Of a stretch of DNA of 53,944 nucleotides, positions 45,122-53,944 are shown piece after piece. Position 1 is the stretch's first letter; each line of letters starts with the position of its first letter. The notes beneath the pieces were generated by a model. The model worked only from the letters and a program-made list of their open reading frames with translations. It did no database searches and was not told where the DNA came from. Source of the DNA: an uncultured virus (IMG/VR IMGVR_UViG_3300025889_000079) (Duplodnaviria; Heunggongvirae; Uroviricota; Caudoviricetes); IMG/VR virus record IMGVR_UViG_3300025889_000079. One strand, 5' to 3'. Made by a program: the position numbers and the translations under genes.

Positions 45122-45127
45122 TATAAT
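45099..45127 (+). promoter_or_regulatory. Sigma70-type early promoter
   Basis: TTGACA-N17-TATAAT with extended -10 TG. Confidence 0.85.
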
Positions 45128-45133
45128 AAACTT

Positions 45134-45265
45134 ATGATTAGATTATTAAATTTTATCATAAATGGACTTACGAAGTTTAGAGATAAACTTCAAAGAGGGA
45201 GTGATACACCTCACAATGAATGGGTTAAAAGATATCAAAACTGGCGTAAGAAGTTGTATAAATAA
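45134..45265 (+). CDS. Small protein, 43 aa, probably leaderless (not in ORF track)
   Basis: ATG at the expected +1; MIRLLNFIINGLTKFRDKLQ... Confidence 0.5.
   Translation: MIRLLNFIINGLTKFRDKLQRGSDTPHNEWVKRYQNWRKKLYK
45257..45264 (+). promoter_or_regulatory. T4-type late promoter for gp32
   Basis: Exact TATAAATA. Confidence 0.7.
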
Positions 45266-45322
45266 ACATATACGATTAATACTTACAACAATACGTACAA
45301 CAATATATACAAGGAGAATATA

Positions 45323-46222
45323 ATGTCAATACAAGCATTAGAAGCACTAAAAAAGTCAAAGTCTAATTTTGACACTCTAACTAAACAGTTAGAAAAAACA
45401 ATCGACAAACCAAAAACAGAAAACAAATACCAAGACGATAGATTCTGGAAGCCAGAACTAGACAAATCAGGTAACGGTTATGCTGTAATCAGATTCTTAC
45501 CTGCCGTAGAAGGCGAAGATATGCCTTGGCAGAGAGTTTGGCACCACGCATTTCAAGGACCAGGTGGTCAATGGTATATTGAAAATAGTTTAACAACATT
45601 AAATCATAAAGATCCTGTATCGGAAGAAAACACTAGATTATGGAATACAGGTATTGAAGCCGATAAAGAAATCGCTAGAAAAAGAAAAAGAAAGTTACAA
45701 TACTATTCTAATATTCTAGTGGTATCTGATCCAAAACATCCTGAAAACGAAGGTAAAGTATTTCTATTCAAATATGGTAAAAAGATATTTGATAAGATAA
45801 CTGAAGCGATGAACCCACAATTTGAAGATGAGAAGGCAGTAAATCCTTTTGACTTCTGGGAAGGTTCTAACTTTAAACTTAAAATCAGAAAAGTTGATGG
45901 TTATTGGAATTATGATAAATCAGAATTTGAGCCAGTTAGTAAAGTAAAACCTACTGACGAGGAGATTGACACAGTATGGAAATCTCAACACGCTCTAAAA
46001 CCCTTCATTGATCCAAGTAATTTTAAATCTTATGATGAACTCAAAGAGAAACTGAATAAGGTTCTTACTGGAACAAGAAGCACGGAGTCCGTAGAAGATA
46101 TTGACCTCCCACCTGCTAGTAATAGCGTACCCAAGTCTTCCAACGGATCCGTGGGGAAAGTATCGTCCAACGATGATGATGACTCATTGTCGTATTTTAG
46201 TAAATTAGCTGAGGACGAATAA
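45323..46222 (+). CDS. gp32: Single-stranded DNA-binding protein gp32
   Basis: DDRFWK, GNGYAVIRFLP, WYIENS, YGKKIFDKI, NFKLKIRKV, acidic tail. Confidence 0.96.
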   Translation: MSIQALEALKKSKSNFDTLTKQLEKTIDKPKTENKYQDDRFWKPELDKSGNGYAVIRFLPAVEGEDMPWQRVWHHAFQGPGGQWYIENSLTTLNHKDPVSEENTRLWNTGIEADKEIARKRKRKLQYYSNILVVSDPKHPENEGKVFLFKYGKKIFDKITEAMNPQFEDEKAVNPFDFWEGSNFKLKIRKVDGYWNYDKSEFEPVSKVKPTDEEIDTVWKSQHALKPFIDPSNFKSYDELKEKLNKVLTGTRSTESVEDIDLPPASNSVPKSSNGSVGKVSSNDDDDSLSYFSKLAEDE

Positions 46223-46246
46223 TCTATCTCTCACACTTTCTCAAAT

Positions 46247-46310
46247 TGGGTAGTCGCCTTTCCTTTCTGTGGCGGCTACCCATACAATAAAAAAATAAAA
46301 TGAAAGGAAA
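46247..46310 (+). promoter_or_regulatory. Stem-loop with pseudoknot to downstream SD-like sequence
   Basis: 12-bp stem 46247-46258/46271-46282; loop TTTCCTTTC complementary to GAAAGGAAA 46302-46310. Confidence 0.55.
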
Positions 46311-46371
46311 AATATGTGATAAAACACATTAGCAATTAAAAACTGCTGACTAATAACATAGGAGAACAAAA

Positions 46372-47583
46372 ATGTCAAATCAATTTATAGTACCATCGGG
46401 TACAAAATTTAAAGATATTCATTTAGAATTAAATGAAAAATTAAAAGAAATATTTCCAGAAAGATATGGTGACGGCACTTTAGTGCAAGGTGCAAAATAT
46501 ATAGAAACAATCAATGCTGATTGGGATATGTTTAAAATGGATAATTATTATACAGATGATAAAGGTCTTAAAGAAGATGTTACTAATTCTGTTCAAAAAG
46601 TAAGAGCAGCTAAAAATAAAAAAATAGCTGAAGTAAAAGAAGATATTAAAAAAAATGGTTATGATTTAAGAGAACCTAGACCTGCTTTTTATAGGGATAA
46701 ACAAGGTAGACTAATGCCTGCAGACGGTAGAGGTAAATGGGGTTCAATGAAAGAACTAGGTTATAAAAATATACAAGTTGATATATTTGAAGTTGCTAAT
46801 CAATCTGTAGCAAGACATTTAGGTAATAGACTTAATTGGAAAACTAAACCAAAAGCTGACATAGAAGCTGATGATATTGAAAAACAGTTAGTTGATGATA
46901 TAAATGAAAATCTTTTGACTTTATCAGGTAAAGAACACAAAGACTTTGCTCTATTAGTAGATGAGGCACAGGCAAGTGGTGGTGATAGTTTTAAAGAATC
47001 AACTTATAATAAAATTGCAAGACGAGTTTTATCAAAAGTAAACAAAGGCGCTTATGAAACTAGAATAAGTTATGATGACAAATCAGCAAAATTATGGATG
47101 GAAAAATATAAGTATGTTGATGATTATAGGCCAGATGGTCATAAACAAGGTAATGGTATTTTTTATTATGTGTGTTCTGCTAATACTTTATCAAAGTCAT
47201 ATAAAGACGCTGTTTACAGAGCAGACTTTTTAGCTTCTACCATTCCTCATTTTAAACAGTTAAGAGTTGTTTTACATCCTGGTGAAATATCTTCTTCAGA
47301 TGTAGCTGAAAGTTTTAGATTGATTATTGATAATGGTAGAACTGAATGGGAAAATTATACTAAAAAATTAAAAGCTAGAGTTACAGGAGAAGATTTAGAA
47401 ATTGTTAATAAAAAACAATTAGTCTTATATGGTTGTCTACCAGCTTCAGGTGCTATGCAAGAGGACTATCCTTTAGATAAAATGATATTGTTTGATAAAG
47501 GACCATTAGCGAATGGTAAAACATTTACTGATTTATATAATGAGGAAACATTATCAAAACAATTTATAAGTGATGAAGATTAA
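46372..47583 (+). CDS. Hypothetical protein with ParB-N-like segment
   Basis: IKKNGYDL...P......DGRG motif; SD AGGAG. Confidence 0.65.
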   Translation: MSNQFIVPSGTKFKDIHLELNEKLKEIFPERYGDGTLVQGAKYIETINADWDMFKMDNYYTDDKGLKEDVTNSVQKVRAAKNKKIAEVKEDIKKNGYDLREPRPAFYRDKQGRLMPADGRGKWGSMKELGYKNIQVDIFEVANQSVARHLGNRLNWKTKPKADIEADDIEKQLVDDINENLLTLSGKEHKDFALLVDEAQASGGDSFKESTYNKIARRVLSKVNKGAYETRISYDDKSAKLWMEKYKYVDDYRPDGHKQGNGIFYYVCSANTLSKSYKDAVYRADFLASTIPHFKQLRVVLHPGEISSSDVAESFRLIIDNGRTEWENYTKKLKARVTGEDLEIVNKKQLVLYGCLPASGAMQEDYPLDKMILFDKGPLANGKTFTDLYNEETLSKQFISDED

Positions 47584-48040
47584 AAGAATACCTAATATTG
47601 ATAGAAGAGCGTACAAGGGCTTGTTTAAGCCCTTGAACCCTCAAAAGTATAAAGGTAACGTAAACAACATAATCTATCGTTCCTCTTGGGAAAAACGTTT
47701 TATGAATTATTGTGATAGAACAAAAGAAGTTATTGAATGGGGTAGTGAAGAATTATCAATTTATTATAGAGGTGTAGATGATAGACCACACAGATATTTT
47801 CCTGATTTCTATATGAAAGTTATACAGCCTAATAAAACTTATAAAAAGTTTTTAGTAGAAATAAAACCAAAATATCAGACAAAAAAACCACAACCTGGAA
47901 AAATAAAATCAGCATATTACAAAAGGGCATTATTAACTTACGAAACAAATAGACGTAAGTGGGCAACAGCATTTGCTTGGTGTAAAAAACATAATATGTC
48001 ATTTAAAATACTTACCGAAGATCATCTAAAGACCTTTTAA
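47573..48040 (+). CDS. gp4: Head completion nuclease gp4
   Basis: PLNPQKYKG, YRSSWE, WGSEE, HRYFPDF, VEIKP, ILTE. Confidence 0.9.
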   Translation: MKIKRIPNIDRRAYKGLFKPLNPQKYKGNVNNIIYRSSWEKRFMNYCDRTKEVIEWGSEELSIYYRGVDDRPHRYFPDFYMKVIQPNKTYKKFLVEIKPKYQTKKPQPGKIKSAYYKRALLTYETNRRKWATAFAWCKKHNMSFKILTEDHLKTF

Positions 48041-48059
48041 ATTGTCATAAATATATGAT

Positions 48060-48614
48060 ATGGCAAGTGTATTTGATAAAATCAAGTTAAACAAAGGTAA
48101 TACAGACAGGTCTGCTACTTGGTATAGAACGCAAGTAAATAACATTGCAAGTGGCACTACAGCTGCTCAACTGTTTAGACAAGGTAAATTAACAGGTCGT
48201 CCTAGTGTAGGTCGACTAAATCTATTTGGTTACAATCCTAAATTAAGAAAAACTTTACCTTATTACGATATATTTCCATTAGTACTGCCATTAGAGCCAA
48301 CACCAGGTGGGTTTATGGGTATGAACTTTCATTATTTGCCACCTGCATTACGATTTACCTTATTAGAACGTATGCAAGTATTTGCTGATGACACAAAGTT
48401 TGATAGTAAGACAAAATTTGATGTAACTTATGATGATGTAAAAGGAATTAAAATAGTAAAACCAACGATAAAGAAATATCTGTATAGTCATATGCAAACT
48501 GGGTTTTTAAGAATAAATATGGATGAGGCTGCAATTGCAATATACTTACCTGTACAACGATTTAAAAAGGCAAGTGAGGCAGTCGTTTATGCAAACAGTA
48601 GAAGGTTCATTTAA
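48060..48614 (+). CDS. gp2: DNA end protector gp2
   Basis: YNPK..LPYYDIFPL, GMNFHYLP, IKKYL; CATAAATA at 48046. Confidence 0.88.
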   Translation: MASVFDKIKLNKGNTDRSATWYRTQVNNIASGTTAAQLFRQGKLTGRPSVGRLNLFGYNPKLRKTLPYYDIFPLVLPLEPTPGGFMGMNFHYLPPALRFTLLERMQVFADDTKFDSKTKFDVTYDDVKGIKIVKPTIKKYLYSHMQTGFLRINMDEAAIAIYLPVQRFKKASEAVVYANSRRFI

Positions 48615-49615
48615 TGGCAATAATTAGACAACGATTACCTATACCAGGTCCATTTGATATTAGACTAGGCCTACCTAGAGATAAAGGTTTTGATCCACAG
48701 GCCGCAAGAAAAAGATTAAATGAACAAAAGACTAATCCTAATACTACCATAAACAGATTTAGGTCTATGGTTGCAGGTGCTGAAGGTCTGTATCGACCTG
48801 CAAAGTTTTTAGTCATAGTAGAATTTCCTAAAGGGTTATCACAAACAGAAACATTCCAAGGTATGGAGTTTTCAGAATATCTAACTGATTTAAATTTTAT
48901 GAACTCTTTACAAGACAATGTAAAAGATAGATTATATTTCTTTTGCGATGCTGCTCAATTGCCAGATCGTACCATTGTTGATACAGAAGCAAATTCATTT
49001 TATGGACCAGTAAGACATATTGCTCGTGGTATGGAGTATTCAGCGATGACATTATCGTTTATGTTAGACTCTGAATTAACTGAACGTGCTGTATTTGAAG
49101 CTTGGCAAAATATGATTGTCAATCAAAGAACTTTTAATATGAGTTTTTATGATGAATATGTAAGTAAGATTTATATATTCCCATTACACGAAAATAAAAA
49201 TGAATCAACCAATACTAAATTGCCTGGCAAAGAAGGTATGCAAACAGGAGCACTTGCAACATTAACACTTGCAGGATATTATGTAGAATTAAGCGGTGCA
49301 TATCCTAAAACACTTGCACCAGTAGATTTAAATTACAATGCAAGCAATACTTTTGCTAGACAATCTATTACCTTTAATTACAGATATTGGACTTCAAATG
49401 TAAATTTAAGAACATTAGAAGATACAAATTACGAAGGTGATATCAACGGCACAGGTGTAATAAAAGATCCTAGATATATGGGTATCTTTGGCGGTATACT
49501 AGGTAAGTTACCACCTGAAATACAACGTGCTGGTAGAGATGTAATTAATCAAATTAAAACAAGATTCCCATTGGGAAGAATATTTGGAGGAAGAGTATTT
49601 CCACCATTTTTCTAA
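48614..49615 (+). CDS. gp54: Baseplate-tail tube protein (gp54-like)
   Basis: CDAAQLP, FEAWQ, YDEY, AYP...L...TFNYRYW; synteny. Confidence 0.7.
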   Translation: MAIIRQRLPIPGPFDIRLGLPRDKGFDPQAARKRLNEQKTNPNTTINRFRSMVAGAEGLYRPAKFLVIVEFPKGLSQTETFQGMEFSEYLTDLNFMNSLQDNVKDRLYFFCDAAQLPDRTIVDTEANSFYGPVRHIARGMEYSAMTLSFMLDSELTERAVFEAWQNMIVNQRTFNMSFYDEYVSKIYIFPLHENKNESTNTKLPGKEGMQTGALATLTLAGYYVELSGAYPKTLAPVDLNYNASNTFARQSITFNYRYWTSNVNLRTLEDTNYEGDINGTGVIKDPRYMGIFGGILGKLPPEIQRAGRDVINQIKTRFPLGRIFGGRVFPPFF

Positions 49616-49649
49616 TATATAATATAATAATAATAAGGAGTGAAATATT

Positions 49650-50345
49650 ATGGCATTACCAATAAATGAAGTTCCAAAATATAATTGTCAACTTCCATCA
49701 AATGGCCAGAAAATAACATTTAGACCTTTTCTTGTAAAAGAAGAAAAGATTATGTTAATGGCTATGGAAAGTGATGATGAAAAGGAGATACAACAGGCCG
49801 TTATAGACACCGTACAAGCGTGTGTTTATGACCGTGTTGATGTAACTAAACTGCCAATATTTGATTTTGAATATTTGTATTTACGAATAAGAGCAAAATC
49901 AGTTGGTGAGGTAATTAAATTGCGATTGAAATGTCCAGATGATGAAAAACAAGTTGTAGAGTATGATTTAAATTTAGAAGATGTAAAAGTTGAAAAAACA
50001 AAAGACAATAATAATAACATTGAATTTGAAAAAGGTTATGGTGTTATTATGTCTTATCCTACAATTAAATCATTTAAGTCTGGCAAATCAAATACAGAAA
50101 ACTCTATTAATATTTTAAAAGAGTCAATTCAATCCATCTATAAAGGTGATGATGTATATGATCGCAATAACATTACTGAACAAGAACTTGATGAGTATGT
50201 TAATAGCCTAACGCAAAAACAATTTAGATTGCTTTATGATTATGTTGATCGTATGCCTAAAATTAGACATAAGATTGAGTATGAAAATCCTAAATCAGGT
50301 AAAAAGTTTTCGTTAGTCTTTAATGGTGCCTCAGATTTTTTTTAG
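49650..50345 (+). CDS. gp26: Baseplate hub assembly protein gp26-like
   Basis: MALP, FRPFLVKEEK, DFEYLYLRIRAKSVGE, ends DFF. Confidence 0.88.
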   Translation: MALPINEVPKYNCQLPSNGQKITFRPFLVKEEKIMLMAMESDDEKEIQQAVIDTVQACVYDRVDVTKLPIFDFEYLYLRIRAKSVGEVIKLRLKCPDDEKQVVEYDLNLEDVKVEKTKDNNNNIEFEKGYGVIMSYPTIKSFKSGKSNTENSINILKESIQSIYKGDDVYDRNNITEQELDEYVNSLTQKQFRLLYDYVDRMPKIRHKIEYENPKSGKKFSLVFNGASDFF

Positions 50346-50533
50346 TTACCCTTTCACACGAAAACCTTGAAAATTACTATCGTGTGAACTTTCTGTTAAT
50401 GCAACATCATAAATATTCATTAACAGAACTAGAACATATGCTACCGTGGGAAAGGGAAATATACATTGATATGTTAATACAGCATATTAAAGACGAAAAT
50501 CAACGTCTAAAAGAAAGGCAAAGAGGTGGATAA
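50342..50533 (+). CDS. gp51: gp51-like ORF, probably expressed as a -1 frameshift extension of gp26
   Basis: LSHENLENYYRVNFLLMQHHKYSLTELEHMLPWEREIYIDML; no start codon for its N-terminal part; T8 run at 50336-50343. Confidence 0.75.
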   Translation, partial: LVTLSHENLENYYRVNFLLMQHHKYSLTELEHMLPWEREIYIDMLIQHIKDENQRLKERQRGG

Positions 50534-50847
50534 TGGAAAAACAAAGTTATCAAAAAATAATTGATTTAGCAAAAGCAATAGACGCTTGGAGAATATTTCC
50601 AAGACTATTCATATTAACTTATATGTACATACTCATCAAAGTAGTACATTGGTTTATGGCATTAGATAAACCTTCTATGGAACAAGCAGGTCTTGTATCA
50701 ATCGTAGTTGGTGCAGGTGCGGCTTGGTTTGGGTTATATACAAATAGTGGCTCTAAAGTATTAGCACAACCACAACCAATCGTTCAACAACCTGTTGTAA
50801 CACCAGTTAAAAGAGAAGATAAATCAATTAGTAATCAAGTAGGATAA
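50533..50847 (+). CDS. Two-TM membrane protein (holin-like topology)
   Basis: DAWRIFPR, two hydrophobic helices. Confidence 0.6.
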   Translation: MEKQSYQKIIDLAKAIDAWRIFPRLFILTYMYILIKVVHWFMALDKPSMEQAGLVSIVVGAGAAWFGLYTNSGSKVLAQPQPIVQQPVVTPVKREDKSISNQVG

Positions 50848-50850
50848 TAA

Positions 50851-52395
50851 ATGGCAGACTTTCAGGAGTTACTAGAAAAACAAAAAGTAGAGCAAGATAA
50901 AGAACAAATTGCTATATCTGAAGCAGCACAAACATATGCTTTACAGATACAAAAAGAATTAGGTTTAGGACAAGAGTTTATTAAAAGAGAAGGTATATCT
51001 AATGCAGCCGTATCGGTTGTACAAAACTTTCAATCAGATTTAGACTTAATTGCTGACGCCGACTTTACTGGTTTCAAAGATATAATGGAAAAGTACAAAT
51101 CATTATTGAATGAACTAGACGCTAGTGGTAGATTTGATAATAAAGAAAAGAAATATATTTCCGATGTTATTGCTCCTGTACTTGCTGAAGTTTATCCTCT
51201 TGCGAATGCTTTTACAGCAGTTAAATTTGGGTTACGAGATTTTATTAAACAATTTAAACCTTTAAAACTTGCTGCTACAACTTTAGGTGGTATACCTATT
51301 TTAGGCACTGCCATCACAAAGAAAATAGAACGACAAGAAGCAGGTGAAGAAGCATTAAGAAGAGCTGAAAGAAAAAAAGGACAAGATATTGCCAGATTAG
51401 CAAGACAAGATATTGAATCTAGTTTATCAGAATCAACTACTACTCCATCTCAAGCATTACAAACAAGAGATGAACTAGATGATGACCTCTCACAATATAC
51501 TGCTGATGATATGGTATTGGGCAGACCTGTACCATCAACATACGGAAGAGCAAAAGGTAAAGTACCAGGTATGTTAAGTGCAAGTGCAAGTGAAGAACAA
51601 AGAGATGAACTTGCCGATGAACAAAGAGATCAATTTGAAGAGTCAAAAAATTTATGGGAAACAATAGCAGAGAATACTGAGGAAACAGTTGATATATTAA
51701 AAGAATCACAAAAAAATAAAGAAGGTGGTATAGGTGATACGGTGGGTGATATTGCTAAAGGTGCATTAGGAACAGGTGCTGCATTAGGAACAGGTAAAGT
51801 TGCAAGTAAATTATTAGGTAAAAAAGGTGGTGAAACTGTAGCAAAGAAGGCAGGTGGTAAAATACTAGGCAAAACATTATTTAAATCTGCTATCAAAAAG
51901 ATACCAATTATAGGTGCAATTGCAGGTATTGGTTTTGGTTTAGGAAGATTAATGTCAGGAGATGTAAAAGGTGCTGCATTAGAAGTTGGTTCAGGCCTTG
52001 CAAGTACAGTACCTGGTGTAGGTACAGCTGCAAGTATTGGTGCTGATGTTGCTTTAGCAAAAATGGATATGGATAAAGCAAATCAAACAGAAAAAGAAAT
52101 ACAAACTGCTGTTGAAGGTGTAGAACAAAATGCACAAGCAGATACAAGAACTATGAGTAATGCTATAACTGCTGATTTAGTTAATATAGATTCAAAAAGA
52201 ACTAATTTAAGAATGAATTTAGAAACAGGTAATTTAGAAAATATGATGAACAAAATGTTACCAAAAGAACCTCAAAATAATAATGTTATTGCACCAGTCA
52301 ATACACTTAACAATGCTTCAAATACTACTGTTTTACCTAATATGTCAAATAAAAATTTAGACGATACAATTATTGCTATCAAAAACGTCTATTAA
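50851..52395 (+). CDS. Putative tail tape measure / baseplate hub protein
   Basis: Helical, Gly/Ala-rich segments (KKIPIIGAIAG); lies between gp26/gp51 and gp48. Confidence 0.6.
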   Translation: MADFQELLEKQKVEQDKEQIAISEAAQTYALQIQKELGLGQEFIKREGISNAAVSVVQNFQSDLDLIADADFTGFKDIMEKYKSLLNELDASGRFDNKEKKYISDVIAPVLAEVYPLANAFTAVKFGLRDFIKQFKPLKLAATTLGGIPILGTAITKKIERQEAGEEALRRAERKKGQDIARLARQDIESSLSESTTTPSQALQTRDELDDDLSQYTADDMVLGRPVPSTYGRAKGKVPGMLSASASEEQRDELADEQRDQFEESKNLWETIAENTEETVDILKESQKNKEGGIGDTVGDIAKGALGTGAALGTGKVASKLLGKKGGETVAKKAGGKILGKTLFKSAIKKIPIIGAIAGIGFGLGRLMSGDVKGAALEVGSGLASTVPGVGTAASIGADVALAKMDMDKANQTEKEIQTAVEGVEQNAQADTRTMSNAITADLVNIDSKRTNLRMNLETGNLENMMNKMLPKEPQNNNVIAPVNTLNNASNTTVLPNMSNKNLDDTIIAIKNVY

Positions 52396-52410
52396 TCTTT
52401 AATTTTTTCA

Positions 52411-52418
52411 TATAAATA
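52411..52418 (+). promoter_or_regulatory. T4-type late promoter
   Basis: Exact TATAAATA 8 nt before gp48 ATG. Confidence 0.75.
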
Positions 52419-52426
52419 TTATCACT

Positions 52427-53488
52427 ATGACAATACAAACACCAGACGATTATTTTAACGAGCATAGTGATATCATAGCAGGTAATAATGAGAAACTTAT
52501 TCCAGACGCACCTGTTACTAAATTAAGCTCTAATTTACAGTTTACAAATCCTGTGATGAAGTATCCATTAGATTTAGAAAGTGCTAATGGTCATTATATG
52601 ATATTTAATATTCACGCAAGGACTGAAAATGAAAGAGATTTGCCTGCAAAAGATTTAAACATATCAAACGATTCATTAGGCACATATAACAATACATTTA
52701 CAAGAGAAAGATTTTTTGATGAAACAACAAATTTATCTCCTGTTGCTGGTGAAACAGGTATTTCTGTTAAGTTAATTAAAGATACAATTGTATTGTATAT
52801 GCCAGATGATGTAAATGTTAATTACAAATCAAATTACGAAGCCGCAGAAATTGGTGCTGTAATTGGCGGTCTATCTGGTGCTGCTGATTATTTCAAAGGT
52901 AAAACAGGTGGTTCAGATACTTTAAAAGGATTAGGTATGCAGGCTGCAAAGATGATTGAACCATTAATTAGTTTCGGTACATTAGGAACTGCTGCAGGTT
53001 CATTGGCCGCATTACAAAGAAAAACAGGTGTTGCTCCTGCACCATTACAAGAAATGATTTTTCAAGGTATAGATTATAGAACTTTTACTTATTCATTTAA
53101 AATGACACCTAGAAATAGACAAGAGGCAAAAGAAATTAAAAGAATTATTGATACATTTACCTATCATATGTTACCTGAAAAATTAGGTACAGGTGCTGCT
53201 CTTGCATTTAGAGTGCCTTCAGAATTTACTATTAGATATATGTACCGTGGTTATGAGAACGCTTATTTAAATACAATAACCTATTGTGCGTTAACAGATA
53301 TGAAAGTTGATTATGGTTCAGGTGAGAAATTTGCTACATATCGTCCAGATGATATTGGTGCACCACCAATCAGTACATCTATATCACTTACCTTCCAAGA
53401 ATTAGAATTAATTGATAGACGAAGAGCAGTATTTGGTACACATAAAACAAAAACTAGAGGTAGTAGTGATATTGGAGGTTCATTTTAA
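52427..53488 (+). CDS. gp48: Baseplate tail tube cap gp48
   Basis: YPLDL, LYMP, FQGIDYRTFTYSFKMTPRN..EA, LTFQELE. Confidence 0.85.
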   Translation: MTIQTPDDYFNEHSDIIAGNNEKLIPDAPVTKLSSNLQFTNPVMKYPLDLESANGHYMIFNIHARTENERDLPAKDLNISNDSLGTYNNTFTRERFFDETTNLSPVAGETGISVKLIKDTIVLYMPDDVNVNYKSNYEAAEIGAVIGGLSGAADYFKGKTGGSDTLKGLGMQAAKMIEPLISFGTLGTAAGSLAALQRKTGVAPAPLQEMIFQGIDYRTFTYSFKMTPRNRQEAKEIKRIIDTFTYHMLPEKLGTGAALAFRVPSEFTIRYMYRGYENAYLNTITYCALTDMKVDYGSGEKFATYRPDDIGAPPISTSISLTFQELELIDRRRAVFGTHKTKTRGSSDIGGSF

Positions 53489-53944
53489 TGGCACATTACT
53501 TTTCTTATTTTCCTAAAATGTATTATGACGCTGTACAAGATGGCACAACGTCACCTAAACTTGTAACTGATATTTTAAGACGAGTTAAAATTAGAGATGG
53601 TGTTAAATCTAATTCATTAATTTTTAACAAATATAGAGTTATTAATGGTGAGTCACCTGAAATTGTATCATACAGATTTTATGAGTCAGTAGATTATTAT
53701 TGGGTACTATTATTAATTAACAATATTAAAGATAGATTTTATGATTGGCCACTAACAGATCAAGGATTTGAATCTTATGTTAATGGCAAGTATTCTAATC
53801 CAGGTGCAATTCATCATTATGAAATTTCACAAACAAGTGGTGAAACAACCAGTTTAGACAATTCACATTTAATAGAAGTAAACAGTACCGCTACTGGTGC
53901 TACTTCCGTATCCAATTATGAATATGAAAGAAGATTACAAGATA
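53488..53944 (+). CDS. gp53: Baseplate wedge gp53, 3'-truncated (not in ORF track)
   Basis: MAHYFSYFPK...GESPEIVSYRFY..YYWVLLLINNI...DWP...IHHYE. Confidence 0.85.
   Translation, partial: MAHYFSYFPKMYYDAVQDGTTSPKLVTDILRRVKIRDGVKSNSLIFNKYRVINGESPEIVSYRFYESVDYYWVLLLINNIKDRFYDWPLTDQGFESYVNGKYSNPGAIHHYEISQTSGETTSLDNSHLIEVNSTATGATSVSNYEYERRLQD

Noticed and set aside
51762..51795. Direct repeat TGCATTAGGAACAGGT x2
   Set aside because: In-frame coding duplication (ALGTG) within the tape measure gene; not a CRISPR or mobile repeat
535..51896. All minus-strand ORFs in the track (e.g. 535..813, 8151..8549, 10626..10994, 48607..48918)
   Set aside because: Shadow ORFs antisense to well-supported + strand genes; no motifs or SD

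Overview
A 54-kb, AT-rich segment of a T4-like myophage, with every credible gene on the + strand. The host is most likely an alphaproteobacterium of the SAR11/Pelagibacterales group, judging from a circularly permuted two-piece tmRNA (tag ANESYALAA), a SAM-II-like riboswitch and alpha-type LexA boxes. Order: putative internal head proteins, DUF1353, a spanin pair; a curli-like operon (csgF, csgG, curlin-repeat protein, FecR-domain protein, second curlin-repeat protein, CHASE2 adenylate cyclase); primase gp61, nrdA, SAM decarboxylase, nrdB, RuvC-like resolvase; an ~11-kb glycosylation island (methyltransferases, 2OG oxygenase, AsnB, ColD-like enzyme, Gmd, glycosyltransferases); early hypothetical and lipoprotein genes under sigma70 promoters; two muralytic enzymes, a DenV-like glycosylase, an exonuclease, tmRNA, gp33, gp59, gp32, gp4, gp2 and baseplate/tail genes (gp54, gp26, gp51-like, tape measure, gp48, partial gp53). 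Most notable: (1) the curli-FecR-CHASE2/cyclase cassette, a possible trans-envelope signalling system; (2) a repeated LexA box + IHF site + sigma70 promoter module; (3) a SAM-II riboswitch upstream of a secreted protein and the tmRNA; (4) a probable programmed -1 frameshift fusing gp26 to a gp51-like ORF; (5) several candidate pseudoknots and structured RNAs. All calls come from motif reading by eye; no database search was run.
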